In this document: positions 46,815 through 61,654 of the stretch, in pieces
Position numbering within the stretch: the stretch's first letter is position 1
Layout of the letters: every line of letters starts with the position of its first letter
Assembly: GCA_012295275.1 (NCBI GenBank)
Contig: CM022674.1
Location: 2,480,001-2,544,000 of the forward strand
Length of the DNA: 64,000 nt
Direction: 5' to 3'
DNA from: Chrysomallon squamiferum
Taxonomy: Eukaryota; Animalia; Mollusca
Made by a program: the position numbers and the translations under genes
The notes under the pieces: model-generated
Told to the model about the DNA's origin: nothing
The model's database searches: none
What the model saw: only the letters and a program-made list of their open reading frames with translations

Positions 46815-48099
46815 CACCATCATCATCAAAATAATATAATAATAATCATCTTTATCATCATCATTATCATCATCATTACACTCATCTTCCTCGTCATCAT
46901 TGTTAATGTTATCTTCATTATAACGATCATCGATGCTGTTGAATTTCTGTTGTTATTTACGTGCATTTTCGTTCTGTTCATTTGTTGATGCTGCTGCTGT
47001 TGTTCTATTCTTATTAATTAGTTTTCTCCTTTTCTTTTTTTTTTTTTTTTTTTCTTCTTGTTCTTCTTCTTTGTCTCTTCATCGTCAGCATCGTGATCAA
47101 AGTCCTCATTATTACTGCATCATCTTTGTCACCATACGCGTAATATTTTTTAAGTCTTTTGCTTTCATCTTATCAAAAGTTATAGCATAACTGTCAAATC
47201 ATATACCGGTATTCATTTCACAGAATCCTCAAAAATATTTAAAAAAAACAAAACAAAAAAAACATGATATTACGGATCAGGCGAAATAATATTTTTTTTT
47301 TTTTTTTTTTTTTTGCTGTTAAACAAAGCATCTCCTCCTAATACGAAACGAAGGGACATTAATATTATAATTAATTACATCTTCTTCTTCTCTCGGGGAC
47401 AAATAAGTTCAAGTGTCTTACGATTTCTCCAAACGAAAGGTTACACATGTGATCGTCATTTTTTATTTTTATTTTGTTTTTTTTTCTGTGAATTTGAAGT
47501 CCATTCATATATTTATATTTTTTCGGTCGTTAAAGACAAAAGAATCACGAGGTATGTGTCAGAATTTTCGGACGTGATGGATTAATTGTACAAAGCGTTA
47601 AAACGTTCGAGATGTCGGGAATAGTGAACGATTACGATTGACGTTACCATGGTAACACTCGGATGCAGATTTTGAAGCTAATATCCACAGATGAGGCTCT
47701 GACAATTTTTTTCTTTTTTTATGTGATTATCTGGAAATACCAATCTCTTTTTCCTGTTTTATTATTTATAACTGGCAACGACACGTACTTCTTCTTTTCT
47801 GTTAAGATAGAGAATATTCGAATCCTCAAAATACGTACTTGCCAGTGCCAGGTTTCCCACACACAAAAAAAAAAAAAAAAAAAAAAAAATAAGATGAACG
47901 CAAACATGACGAAAAACAAAGAACAGAGTGCTTCGTGGGAAGCGATGATTACTCTTGGTTACCGAACAACTTTTTTTTTTTTTTTTTTTTTTAAAGATTG
48001 TCTTGATGGCGGAACTTCAACGTCGTCCGACTTCGGAGGGTGGGCGAATGGGTGTCATACGTTCGAGTCTCGTCAGCGGCATCTGACGCGGTTAGTGAG

Positions 48100-48184
48100 G
48101 TCGTGATTGAACTTTGTCCTCCTGCGCCATTGCGTTCGTAGATATTGTCTGTGTGCAGAGTCTAATCAGACGTACATAAGACAG
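48100..48184 (+). repeat. Short dispersed repeat, copy A (partner at 54557-54638)
   Basis: Shares GTGAT..ACTT.GTCCTCCTG.GCC and TGTGCAGA.TCTAATCAGACGTACATAAGACA with 54557-54638; both copies are followed by CA-rich tracts. Confidence 0.7.
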
Positions 48185-48558
48185 AGAGAATATTCAAAGC
48201 TTAAAACACATAAATTATGCATACACACACACATACATACATATATGCATATATGACGATCGTATGTTCCAGAATATATCTTATTGCTTATTAGCTTTTT
48301 GCATTGCCAGCTGACACAAGGCTAACAAATTTCTTCAGGTTACTTCAATATGAAATAAAAAAAAAATAAAAAAAACGAAAAACCTCACATTTTTTCATTA
48401 AATCTTTAATATTAAGTCTTCTAAAGCATCCTTGAAGAATATAAATCATTCGATAAATCGTTTAAGCTGTGTACACAGTCACGTCTACGCAGCTGTCGAA
48501 ATGATTCTCTGTTTGCCTACGTTGACCCTCAGGACGTCGTTTTGTATTTTATCTTATT

Positions 48559-48641
<83 letters not shown>

Positions 48642-49057
48642 TTTTTTTTTCATTAACAGTCTAAAAAATTCCGTTTAGCCACTTCCTCAATCCTCGCTTG
48701 ACAGCGGGTCACAATTTTCAACCCACTGACTTAATTATTATTTTTTTTCTTCTTTTGTCTCTCTCTGGCACCTGGTTTTGTACCCACAGGGTCCGTGGGT
48801 CATTGAATCTGATATATACAGCAGACATATGCAAATATTTGCTCTGAGTCGAAGATTTCCGATATGATGTTTACCCTTAATACGAAGCGAAGCGATCGAT
48901 AATCGTCCGTACGTCTGTAATTACGAATTTGACGCCGTGTGCCTCGCAGCACGCGTTAAAAGAAACGGGGATGCAGATTCCACTTGATATACCTACGTCG
49001 CTGTCACCAAGAGACATCGTGGCTGATGTTGTCTCAGACTTCCAGAAGACAAAAAAG

Positions 49058-49102
<45 letters not shown>

Positions 49103-49451
49103 GGAAAGAATTGCTTATAGATTATAAATGGACATACATTAACTTTTTTTTAAATTGTTATTTCTTATAATCGTCTCGTTGGTAGAGATTAAGTAAAACA
49201 GCTCTTTGAAAACGACTTCTCGATTATAATATTATATACGCATTATAATGTCAGACAATATACTGATTACTGATGCAGATAATGCAAATAATTAAACGGA
49301 CGAAGAACTTCTAGTACAGTGGTAATCTGATTGCTAATAAATATTAACTAAACAGTTAATGAATCGGCGTGTAAGATATTTATGTCTGCACGTTTGTGCG
49401 TTTGTGTGCGTGAGTACGTGTAAGTGTGCGAATAGATATGCGTTAATGATC

Positions 49452-49503
<52 letters not shown>

Positions 49504-49984
49504 TTTTATTTCATTATATTTTTTTAAAATTATTTATATATATATATTTTTTTTTTTTTTCTGTGTAAGAAACATTTAGCTATATAAAACTAAAAAAAAA
49601 AAAAAAATAATTTCACAGAAACTAGTGGTCGAGAAGAGCATGAAGTACTGTTCAGGTACTTTTGACATTCCGCTGTCAATTTCTTTCTCAGTTTTTCGCC
49701 GTTGGTCCTCATCATCTGATGACGTAGATTTCGCAGATAATCGTAAATCTTTAATAGTGTTGTGTGTACAGACAGACAGCAGAGATTTCACTGCTGAAAT
49801 ACACGGCTGTAACATTTTCCACTTTTGCACCAAAACAGTTTTTGACGATCTTAAATATTTAAAAAATTTAGTAGTCACTTCGTATTATTACTTATTTAGG
49901 CGCGATAAATTAAAAACAGATTTGCAGATATCTTCGTTGTCGTTGCAGGATTCTTTAGTTATATATATATATGTACGTATATAT

Positions 49985-50021
<37 letters not shown>

Positions 50022-50120
50022 TTTTATTAATTATTATTTATTTAGTAGTAGTAGTACTAGCAGTATATATGGAAATAGGTAGGTATATAGACAGATAGAT
50101 CGATCGAGAGAAAGAGAGAG

Positions 50121-50178
<58 letters not shown>

Positions 50179-50560
50179 CGAAATCAACTAATGTGCTAAT
50201 GTGAATCGTATAACCTTACTTAAGTTTGACTACAAATCTGAGTATAAATGTGGCTAACAGACAACGCGATGATGTTCCCGTTACAGCGCTATGAGGTAAA
50301 ATAGCGGCATGAAATGGCAAGGTAGCAAAGATGTGTTGTGTATTTATTAGCAGAGATTGGCCACTAGTCATCAAACCAACAAGTAAGATTGAAGAAAAAA
50401 AAGAGAGAAAACAAAAAAAGAATGTACTTTCAATTTTGTTCAACAAACGTTTGTTAACTACCGCCATTTTACAGTTAAGGTTGGCATGCAGAAAGTTAAA
50501 TTTTGATTTTCGTCATAGAATTAGAAAAAAAAATTATGCAGTGTAAAATGAATCTATATA

Positions 50561-50667
<107 letters not shown>

Positions 50668-51004
50668 CTGAAGTTGAAGAGAAGGTTTTGTTATTCAGAT
50701 ATCTTTATTCGACAAATTCACAGTTGGTGCGTTCCGTAGCTTTCTTCTCATAGATCTAACAGTTTTGAATTCACAACTAGTGAAGAAAATAGTACTTAAA
50801 TATTCATTATTTGTACCAGCATTTTCTCTCTTCCGTGAGTATTTTGTAATATTTTCTGAAAGTGAATGAGAAAAATGTCTAAATACGTATTTGGTTTCTC
50901 ACCAATAGGCCTCCTACGTAGAAGGATGTTCGTTACATCCGGTTAGAGAATATATGAGTAATGTGACTGTTTAGGTATATACCGTATGTATGTATGTATA
51001 ATTG

Positions 51005-51094
<90 letters not shown>

Positions 51095-51311
51095 CATAAT
51101 CATAAACATCAATCCATTTTTCATACAAGCATACATTTGTATATACATTACAAACACTTACGCAATCGCATACACATATTAAAAATGATTTATGTTTTAT
51201 ACATATATAATTTAACAAATGATTTAATCTTTGAACTTTAATATACATGTGTGTATCCATCTGTCTATCTATCTATCTACTTATATATATATCTCTCTCT
51301 CTCTCGCTCGC

Positions 51312-51333
51312 TCTCAAATCAGTTAAAAGATAA

Positions 51334-51394
<61 letters not shown>

Positions 51395-51764
51395 CAAAAG
51401 TAAATCACACAAATAATATGTAAAAAGAAACCCAGTTAAATCTTGGGTCTACAAAAAACATAGTCAGAGATATTGTCAGCTGGTCGCTGTATTTTTCATA
51501 ATTAAAGAAAAAAAAAAAGCACTTAGCAACATTTCAGAAGTTAAAGACTGATAAATCATTTAGAAAAACGTCAAGCGTTTGTTTCTAATTCTCTGTGATC
51601 TTCACGGAGGTCACTGTGTTCGAGCGTGAATGAATGAACGTGTTTGTGTGCGTCTACGTGTCGATTTTGAGTGAGTATTTTGAATATCTTGATACGTGTT
51701 CCTTATATTTATATCTTTATTTCTGCCTCATTCACGCTCACTGCCGCTCCACCCTCAGTCAGTA

Positions 51765-51857
<93 letters not shown>
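51312..51857 (+). mobile_element. Modular repeat element copy 4 (array-less, left-truncated), ending in (CT)n
   Basis: Colinear with 36137-36873: TCAAATCAGTTAAAAG, (AAT)n, AAAGAAACCCAGTTAAATCTT, CAGAAGTTAAAGACTGATAAATCATT, CGTCAAGCG, CTCATTCACGCTCACT, (CT)n. Confidence 0.8.
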
Positions 51858-51860
<3 letters not shown>

Positions 51861-51932
51861 CCTTCCTTCTACATCCAACAAAATTTGAATATGAAGACTC
51901 CACTCTCCGTATATTGTTTAGCAACGACTGTT

Positions 51933-52067
<135 letters not shown>

Positions 52068-52165
52068 TCTATCACTCTATCTGTCTGTTTATCTATCTTT
52101 CAGTGTATCTGTGTATCTGTCTATCTGACTATCTATCTATCTATCTCTCTAACTATGTATCTATA

Positions 52166-52913
52166 CAGTGGTAGCTCGTCTTACGAGTGCCCCAGCTTAC
52201 GAGTTTTCCGAGTTATGAGCAGTCGCTTGGTCGATTTTTTGCTTTGAGTTCCGAGTTACGAGCGAGTTTCAGATACAACGCCGCTAGTTGGCGCAACGAA
52301 CAACACAACATCCGGCCAGCATCCCGCGTCTCTCTCGTTTACTCCACTTGGTTACCTGGCCGTGGAAACATCTCTGTTGTGTTTTGTTTTGCCAAATTTC
52401 GTTTTTCTGACCATGGATCGTAAGAAAGTGAGTGCAAAGGACAGAACTGAGAAGAAGAAACGGACGATGTCCATTGAATTAAAGCTTGAATTCATAGAAA
52501 ATCATGAGCGAGGTGTGCTTATAGTCGACTTGGGTAGGCAGTACGAGCGTAGAACCACATTGGCGCAGAAGGAGTCGATAAAGGCTGTAACTGCAGCCAA
52601 AGGCGTTAAAATAAAATGGTCTGATGTGCAAGAAAAATACACTTTAAAAATAAACTCAATTTACTTCTTTACATTCTCTTTTATTTTGTTTTTTTTTATA
52701 ATATTTGTCATTTATAAATATATTTTTCGTATTTAAAAACACGTTTCCCCAAAATAGCGTTCTTTTTGTTTGTTTTTTTTTTTGTAGGGGGTCTGGAACG
52801 GATTAATAGTATTTCAATTAATTTCAGCCGGGAAAATTGATTTGATATACGAGCAAATTGAGATACGAGCTGGGTCACGCAACGAGTTAAACTCGTAAGT
52901 CAAGGTACCACTG
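52166..52913 (+). mobile_element. Internally deleted Tigger/pogo-type (Tc1-mariner superfamily) DNA transposon
   Basis: Left TIR TA|CAGTGGTAGCTCGTCTTACGAGT; the right TIR reverse-complements to CAGTGGTACCTTGACTTACGAGT; subterminal TACGAG repeats; transposase N-terminal remnant inside. The right-hand TA is missing. Confidence 0.88.
52413..52612 (+). pseudogene. Truncated Tigger transposase N-terminus (CENP-B/psq-type HTH remnant)
   Basis: ACCATGG start; MDRKKVSAKDRTEKKKRTMSIELKLEFIENHERGVLIVDLGRQYER..TTLAQKESIKA resembles the KKR..I..K.E.I...E.G....DLAR.Y....STI.TILK.KE.IK pattern of Tigger/CENP-B HTH domains, with the recognition helix partly deleted and no DDE domain. Confidence 0.8.
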
Positions 52914-52919
52914 ATTTCC

Positions 52920-54379
<1,460 letters not shown>

Positions 54380-54556
54380 CAAAGGTTTTTTTTGTTATGC
54401 AGATGTTTATAATCAGTTTAGTTTCGTTTCAATACGAACTATTCTCTATCTTTACATTACTGTAGAATTCACATACTACATGTACAAGTACATATATCTA
54501 TACCTATACACGCATACGCACACATACACACGCAGGGATGTACAGCTTTTTAAGAT

Positions 54557-54638
54557 GGTGATCGGACTTCGTCCTCCTGTGCCGTTTTGTTCCCGAAAGT
54601 TGCCTATGTGCAGAATCTAATCAGACGTACATAAGACA
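54557..54638 (+). repeat. Short dispersed repeat, copy B (partner at 48100-48184)
   Basis: See copy A. Confidence 0.7.
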
Positions 54639-54663
54639 ACATTAATAAATCAATACATTAATA

Positions 54664-54711
<48 letters not shown>

Positions 54712-55261
54712 TAAGAAAAACAAAACTGGACAGAGATACTCTCGTTTTTTCTGTTGATCTTTATATCAATATTTATATTTTTCTCTATGTCCTTCTCTTT
54801 TTCTTTCTCTTTCTTTCTATTTGTCTTTTACTTCCACTGTTACGTTCTCGTTCTCATTTTCTGCCTGCTTCGCTCTTTCTCTCTGTGTACCTTTCCATTC
54901 GTACATCCGTCTATGTGTCTATATATATATTTCACACTATGTGGTTCCACCCACTTTCAGAAGGAAGGGAAAGAACTTTGATTGTTTGCTGCTGGCGTCA
55001 AGAGTTACTGTTCATGAACGTGAAACTTCGAAGTTGAATATAGCGAGTAAAACAACAGATGGACAAAGGATATAAAGAGAGAAGTAAAAAAAAAAAATAA
55101 TAATAAAAAAATACAAGGAATAAAAAAATCAATGAAGAAAAAACATGAGGTTGAGGAAAATAATAATGGTGGCCTAAAGAGAAAGAGACTTGGAGGCTTG
55201 AAAGAGATTTAATAAAACTAACAGAAAACAAAGATGTGCACCATTTTACCATTACTTTATA

Positions 55262-55296
<35 letters not shown>

Positions 55297-55298
55297 AA

Positions 55299-55361
<63 letters not shown>

Positions 55362-56067
55362 GTTTATAATATTTTTAGGGTAAATGATATATACATTGCA
55401 CTGATCATTTTATATCATTCCATACATAAATTATGAAAACAATTTCTAACATTAACGAGTAAAACTAAATAAGAATTTGAAATGTGACGAAATCGTAACA
55501 CAAATTTAAACGCAGTTAAAATACAAATCAGTCAGTTTTAATATGTTTGGCAAATGTTTATGAAACTGTAATATTGTAAAATTGTAAGTAACAGCAGTTA
55601 CATCATAACAGAAGACAAGAAAGAGAGAACAGAGAAGAAAGGGGAAAAAAGGCAAGAAAGGAAGCAAGCAATGAATGAATGGAAAACTGAAAGTACAGAA
55701 GATGAAATGGTATGTGAAAAATACTTTTATGTAATTAACAAAATACATGCAAATATTTCCACCTAATTCTATAATATAATAACATATTCTCTCGCAAATA
55801 TCTAAAGGGTTTTAGGAAGATTCTTTATATTCATTTGAAAGTCATAACAAAAATACCCTGCAGATTTTTCTACCTCTATGCCTATAGATTTTTCTCTCTC
55901 CCTCTACATCTCTGTATATCTTTCTCTCCATCTTCCTGAGCGGTTGCTTTAACTGAATCCAACATCAAATCAGCTACAAAGCAAGGTTACCCTGCAGTTT
56001 TCAGTGACGCCGAACTAGCGATATTAAAGTTCAGTGAAATTTAGCGAACAGAAAACTCTGCAATCTG

Positions 56068-56212
56068 ATTGGACAGCGTGATAATTATTCATTCCTCTTT
56101 TGCCTGATCACGTTTTATCACTCTGGTTTCCTGTTACGCACAGCACGACTGCTATCTGGTACAGTTAGTTTCTCTTTATAAGGAAAGCTTTGTCTGTTTG
56201 CCGTTCACATTG
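56068..56212 (+). promoter_or_regulatory. Candidate Pol II core promoter, copy 1 (inverted CCAAT, TATA, Inr)
   Basis: ATTGG at 56068, TATAAGG at 56177, TCACAT initiator-like motif with its A at 56207 (30 nt after the TATA start), ATG 67 nt later. Confidence 0.5.
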
Positions 56213-56273
56213 CTGCCAGCTTGCTGACTGAACAACGAACACTCACAAACGTACAAATCTTAAATTTTTTGCT

Positions 56274-56471
56274 ATGTCTATCGTACTTCCTTCAGCTCTT
56301 ACGTTCTCGTGTGCCAGAGAAGAAGAAATGACGGGACAGAAGTCTAACGATTTCTTCATGAAGAGAGAGGAAGAACGTCCCGTTTCGATGACACCAAATG
56401 AATATGACAGCAGTGGAGGAATTCGTGAATTCATCATAGAACGACGAAACGCGAAAACATTTCTCTGGTAG
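56274..56471 (+). CDS. Hypothetical short peptide (65 aa) or first coding exon; possible prepropeptide
   Basis: First ATG after the TATA/Inr; short hydrophobic N-terminus ending SCA, acidic segments, dibasic KR and RR sites; duplicated at 59536. No family recognised. Confidence 0.3.
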   Translation: MSIVLPSALTFSCAREEEMTGQKSNDFFMKREEERPVSMTPNEYDSSGGIREFIIERRNAKTFLW

Positions 56472-56499
56472 GATGCCAATTTCAAAGTTGATCCGAAGA

Positions 56500-57010
56500 A
56501 CATTTTTCGAAGCTAAGTAAAGGCAGGAAAATTGTATGTCTTTGTGGAATCCAAGAAAAGTTATAAATTGAAGAATTGTTTTTTAATTAGCTAAGAAAAG
56601 TGTTTATATTATTTGGAAACAACATTTCTGAACGCTTAGGAATGCGTATATATATTTCAGAAGAACATTTTGGAAAGCCAACAAAACTGAAAATATTTCA
56701 GAGGAATATTTTAGGTATCCAAAGAAAGTGCATGCATTGCAGAAAATCAGTTTTGGAATTGAAGAGGAGTGCATATATTTTAGAAAAACAATTTGGAAAG
56801 CGAAGAAAAATGTATATATTTCAGAAGGAAAGATTTGGAAGCATAGAAAAATTTTCCTATTTGAAGATAAACGTTAGAAGCTCAGAACAGTGTATATATT
56901 TGAGAAGAATTTTTTAGAAAGGCAAGGACAGTGTTTGTGTTTGATAAGAACATTTTAGTAAGCCAGCAGGTCTGTGTAAATAAGATAGAAACATTTCAGA
57001 AAGGCAAGAA
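56500..57010. repeat. Degenerate ~41-bp minisatellite (GTATATATTTCAGAAGAACATTTTGGAAAGC..), copy 1
   Basis: Recurring AGAACATTT/TATATTT motifs; the homologous tract at 59750-60060 shows a clean 41-bp period. Confidence 0.7.
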
Positions 57011-57249
57011 TTGTATAAATATGTCAACAGAACATTTATTCGGAATGTTTCTATGTTACTTGTATTAAAAAATATGTCATTTCTTTGCAAAATTTTATTT
57101 GATAATAAAGTCCATTTGGGAAAGATCTTCGTATTCATTTTATTTTCTACTTTGAAGGTGCATGTATTTTTTTGTTTCTGCAAGCTTTTTATACAATTTC
57201 ATATTTCTTTGCTTCAGAGATATAACACCCAGTTAGAAACACACACACA

Positions 57250-57395
57250 CACACACACTCAAACACACATTCGTACACAAACACACATTCATACACAAAC
57301 ACACATTCATACACAAACACACATTCGTACACAAACACACATTCGTACACAAACACACATTCGTACACAAACACACATTCATTCCCAAACACACA
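57250..57395. repeat. 18-bp minisatellite (ACACATTCRTACACAAAC)n derived from (CA)n
   Basis: About 7 units read directly. Confidence 0.9.
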
Positions 57396-58061
57396 CTTAG
57401 GAATACACGTAATCACACAAACACACTGCCAGAAACGAATTATTAAACAAGTCTCTCTCGCTAACAATCTCTGTATGTATCTATTTCTATCTCTATCTCC
57501 ATGTATATATCTCTCCCGCTATCTCTATATATATTTCTCTCTCCCCTATCTCTTTGTATATCTTTCTATCCTTCTTTCTGAAATCCAATACATTTCTATG
57601 AAATAAATTTATCTATTTTCAAGTCAGTGTTATGTCTTTAAAATCAGTATAAGAAAAAGGTCTTAAAATCCGGAATATAATTTCTTATAGAAAAATGTAA
57701 GTATATTATAGAAATAGATGAAAACATTTACAACTATTTTGTTAATTACAAAGAGACGTTCTTACAAGCTAAATCTCTTTCACTTGTTTTCTTTCATTTC
57801 TTCTTCTCTGTCTTTGTCATTTTTCTTTCAGTAATGTAGTTTTCTTGATTTACTCATTACTTTCTTGTTATTTCATTAGTGGAGTTATTAAAAAAGTTAC
57901 ATACTTTTAATTAAATTTCTATTCCCAACTGAAGTATTTCGCATCGGAAACATTACAATTATTACAAATTAGGAATTAACTAATATTTTAATATCTTAAA
58001 ATTTAAAATGTTTTGCTTTCTTAAAGGGTAATTAAAGAATAGAGAAAAAAATGTGTCTGTT

Positions 58062-58282
<221 letters not shown>

Positions 58283-59329
58283 GAGTTAAACTCATCTATG
58301 GTATTAGTAATAGTAGCTGTAATATAAATAAATAAACAAATAAATTAATAAATAAATAAATAATAATAATAATAATTGATTCAAGTAATATAAAAATAAA
58401 GATCAAAAATGAAAAAGTAAAAGAATTATTAAACTACGGCTGAAGATAGCTCATCCAGAATTGAGGCATCCGGTACAGTTAGTTATCCGGTTCAAGTATC
58501 TATCCGGTTCTGTCAGTAATCCAGCCGTAATTTACACCGGAGCAGTTTCAAATTTCCTGGACCTACGCACTTGTAAAGACAAACAAGTCAGTTCTTTAAG
58601 TCTTCTGTGAATTTTTCACGAAAATCAGTTACACAGCAAAGTTACCCTGCAATGTTCTGTTATAAAATCGACAACTCTGTTTTCAATGAAGCCAGAGAAT
58701 TTACACGACATATTTTATGTACGTATGCACCTAACATCAGACATTAACTACACTGTCGCCATTTCTGGAATTACTGTTTCAGTTATCTCCTTCTTACATT
58801 ATATTTTATTTTTGAATTGAGATTTAAGTCCTTTTACTTTCTATTTTCTCTCTTTCAATTATATTTAAACCAACTACAAAAAGAAAGAAGGAAAATAAAG
58901 ACTGCAAATAAAATTATAAAACTATTTCATGAAGAAAAGAAGGAAAGAAAATTATGTAAAAAAAGAAAAAATATGAAAGAGAGAGAGAGAGAGAATTAAA
59001 CGCATCTATGGTTTTACTAACAATAGCAATAATCGAAATAGATAAACAAATATAATAAATAAATAAATAAATAAATAAATAAACAAATAAATAAATAATA
59101 ATAATTGATTCAAATAATATAAATATAATGATCTAAAATGAAAAAGTAAAAGAACTATTAAACTACCGCTGACGCACTTGTAAAGACAAACAAGTCAGTT
59201 CTTTATGTCTTCTGTGAATTTTTCACGAAAATCAGTTACATAGCAAAGTTACCCTGCAGATTTCAGTGACGCCGAGCTAGCGATATTAAAGTTCAGTGAA
59301 ATTTAGCGAACAGAAAACTCTGCAATCTG

Positions 59330-59474
59330 ATAGGACAGCGTGATAATTATTCATTCCTCTTTTGCCTGATCACGTTTTATCACTCTGGTTTCCTGTTACG
59401 CACAGCACGACTGCTATCTGGTACAGTTAGTTTCTCTTTATAAGGAAAGCTTTGTCTGTTTGCCGTTCACATTG
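59330..59474 (+). promoter_or_regulatory. Candidate core promoter, copy 2 (TATA 59439, Inr A 59469; CCAAT mutated)
   Basis: Matches copy 1 except ATTGG>ATAGG at 59330. Confidence 0.4.
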
Positions 59475-59535
59475 CTGCCAGCTTGCTGACTGAACAACGA
59501 ACACTCACAAACGTACAAATCTTAAATTTTTTGCT

Positions 59536-59718
59536 ATGTCTATCGTACTTCCTTCAGCTCTTACGTTCTCGTGTGCCAGAGAAGAAGAAATGACGGGACA
59601 GAAGTCTGACGATTTCTTCATGAAGAGAGAGGAACAAAGTTCCTTTTCGATGACACCAAATGAATATGACATCAGTGGAAGCATTGGTGAATTCATCGCA
59701 GAACGACAAAACACCTAA
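59536..59718 (+). pseudogene. Duplicate of the 56274 ORF with a premature stop (AAA>TAA)
   Basis: MSIVLPSALTFSCAREEEMTGQKSDDFFMKREE... ends in TAA where copy 1 has AAA; the downstream ACATTTCTCTGGTA is retained. Confidence 0.28.
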
Positions 59719-59749
59719 ACATTTCTCTGGTAAGATTTCATTTAAAAGT

Positions 59750-60060
59750 TCATCCGAAGAACATTCTTGGGAAGGTGAGAAGAACATTGTAGAAGCCAGG
59801 AAGACTATATGTCTTTGTGGAATCGAAGAAAAGTGTGTATATTTCAGAAGAACACTTTGGAAAGCGAGGATACGTTTTTATACGTGAGAAGAACATATTA
59901 AAGAGCGGAGAACAAAGTATACATTTGAGGAGAACATTTTAGAAAGCGAAGAACAATGTATACGTTTGAGGAGAACATTTTAAAAAGCGAAGAACAGTGT
60001 ATACATTTGAGGAGAACATTTTAGAAAGGCAAGAAAAGTATTTGTATTTGAAAAGAACAG
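59750..60060. repeat. ~41-bp minisatellite, copy 2
   Basis: GTATAC.TTTGAGGAGAACATTTTA.AAAG at 59917, 59958 and 59999. Confidence 0.85.
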
Positions 60061-60437
60061 TTTTGCGAACTGTCTTTGTTACTTTCATTAGGAAATATTT
60101 CCTTACTTTGCAAAATTTTATTTCTTAATAAAATCCTTTTGAAAATGATCTTCTTATTCTTTTTATTTATTTCCTTTGAAGGTGCATGTATTTTCTGTTT
60201 GCTCATGTCTGTATAACCATTTCCTTTTTCTTTGCATCAGAAATAGACGGAAACAATGTATTTTGTTAATTACAATGAGCCTTTTTTACAAGCTAAATCT
60301 TCTGCTTTGCCTGTTTTCTTTCTTTCCTTCTGCTTTACATTCATCGTTTTGTTTATGATATCTAGATTAGTTTATTTACTGATTTATTTAATGTTATTAC
60401 CGAGCTACTGTTATTGAAAATATTACATTTTTTATTT

Positions 60438-60475
<38 letters not shown>

Positions 60476-61370
60476 CTGGGGTCATTCATTAATTATTTAA
60501 CATCGGAAAACATTACAAATATTATGGACTGTGAACCAAGAATGAATGTTGTTGTAATGTCTTAAAATTTATATTAAACTATAATTTTTTCGAGTTCAAA
60601 ATATTTTTTTAACCTTTTATTTGTTTGTTATTAATCCTTCTCCTTGGAAATGTTTCCGTACATCATGGCTACGTTTTTCAACAACATAAAATGATCAATA
60701 AAAAGTACATCATTTACTGGAAATCAATAATAAAGGTTAAAAACAGAAAGGGAAGAAAGCAAGAAACGAAACGGCTGTTAATTCAGACGTAACCAAATTA
60801 CAGATTATAAATTTCAGATTCCAAAACATATTGCAATGAGATATACAAATTTTGTTAAAATATACTATTTTCCTTTTCCAGGACCATGTCTTTTAGCTTC
60901 AGGGACCTTTCTGTCGACTTCTTTGCACAGGTTTCCAATCCATTTATACACTGTGCCTCTCTCTCCTTTCTAAATAGTTTAAACGTGGTCATTACGATAC
61001 TGATGAATTTCTTTACACGGGTTTGCTTTCACAGTTTAATATCTGCCCATCCTGGTCATTTCAACAACGAAGGCTGAGATAATGTGCACATTCTGTCAAT
61101 TAAAACCCTCAGGACTTGAATTTCCAAAGACAGTTGTTACCCATGAAACTGAAAAGACGTTTAAAAACCATCTAGTCAACGCAGTTCTCCATTCTTTCTA
61201 CCCTGATGTGTGAGACGATGTCGTTCCTCAGAACTGTCTTTGAGCTATCTGTGAATTGTCCACACCTAGGATTTCCCTTATAGCTGAGTTGGCTAGATAT
61301 GTCTGTATGGCCTTATTTCTATATTCATATGTCTTGTCTATATCTACGAACTGCCTGTGTCCATAAATTT

Positions 61371-61401
<31 letters not shown>

Positions 61402-61413
61402 GTATTTATGTAT

Positions 61414-61478
<65 letters not shown>

Positions 61479-61654
61479 CATACATACATACATATATGTG
61501 TGTATTTGTTTATATATATATATATATATATGTATGTATATACATTAATTTTGTTATGTCGATGAATGTCGACACAGAGAAACACACATATCCACATATT
61601 CATAGATAGAAATTTCATAGACGAAGACGATTCATATGCAGGAATTCTGAATAA

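Noticed and set aside
49576-50098. Overlapping 100-aa (-) and 157-aa (+) ORFs in unique sequence
   Set aside because: No recognisable motif or GC3 bias like the real gene; both run into simple repeats. A small exon cannot be excluded.
56600-56917. Neuropeptide-like repeats (HFGK, QFGKRR) downstream of the short ORF
   Set aside because: The underlying repeat period is 41 bp (not a multiple of 3), and the frame is not preserved in the duplicate.
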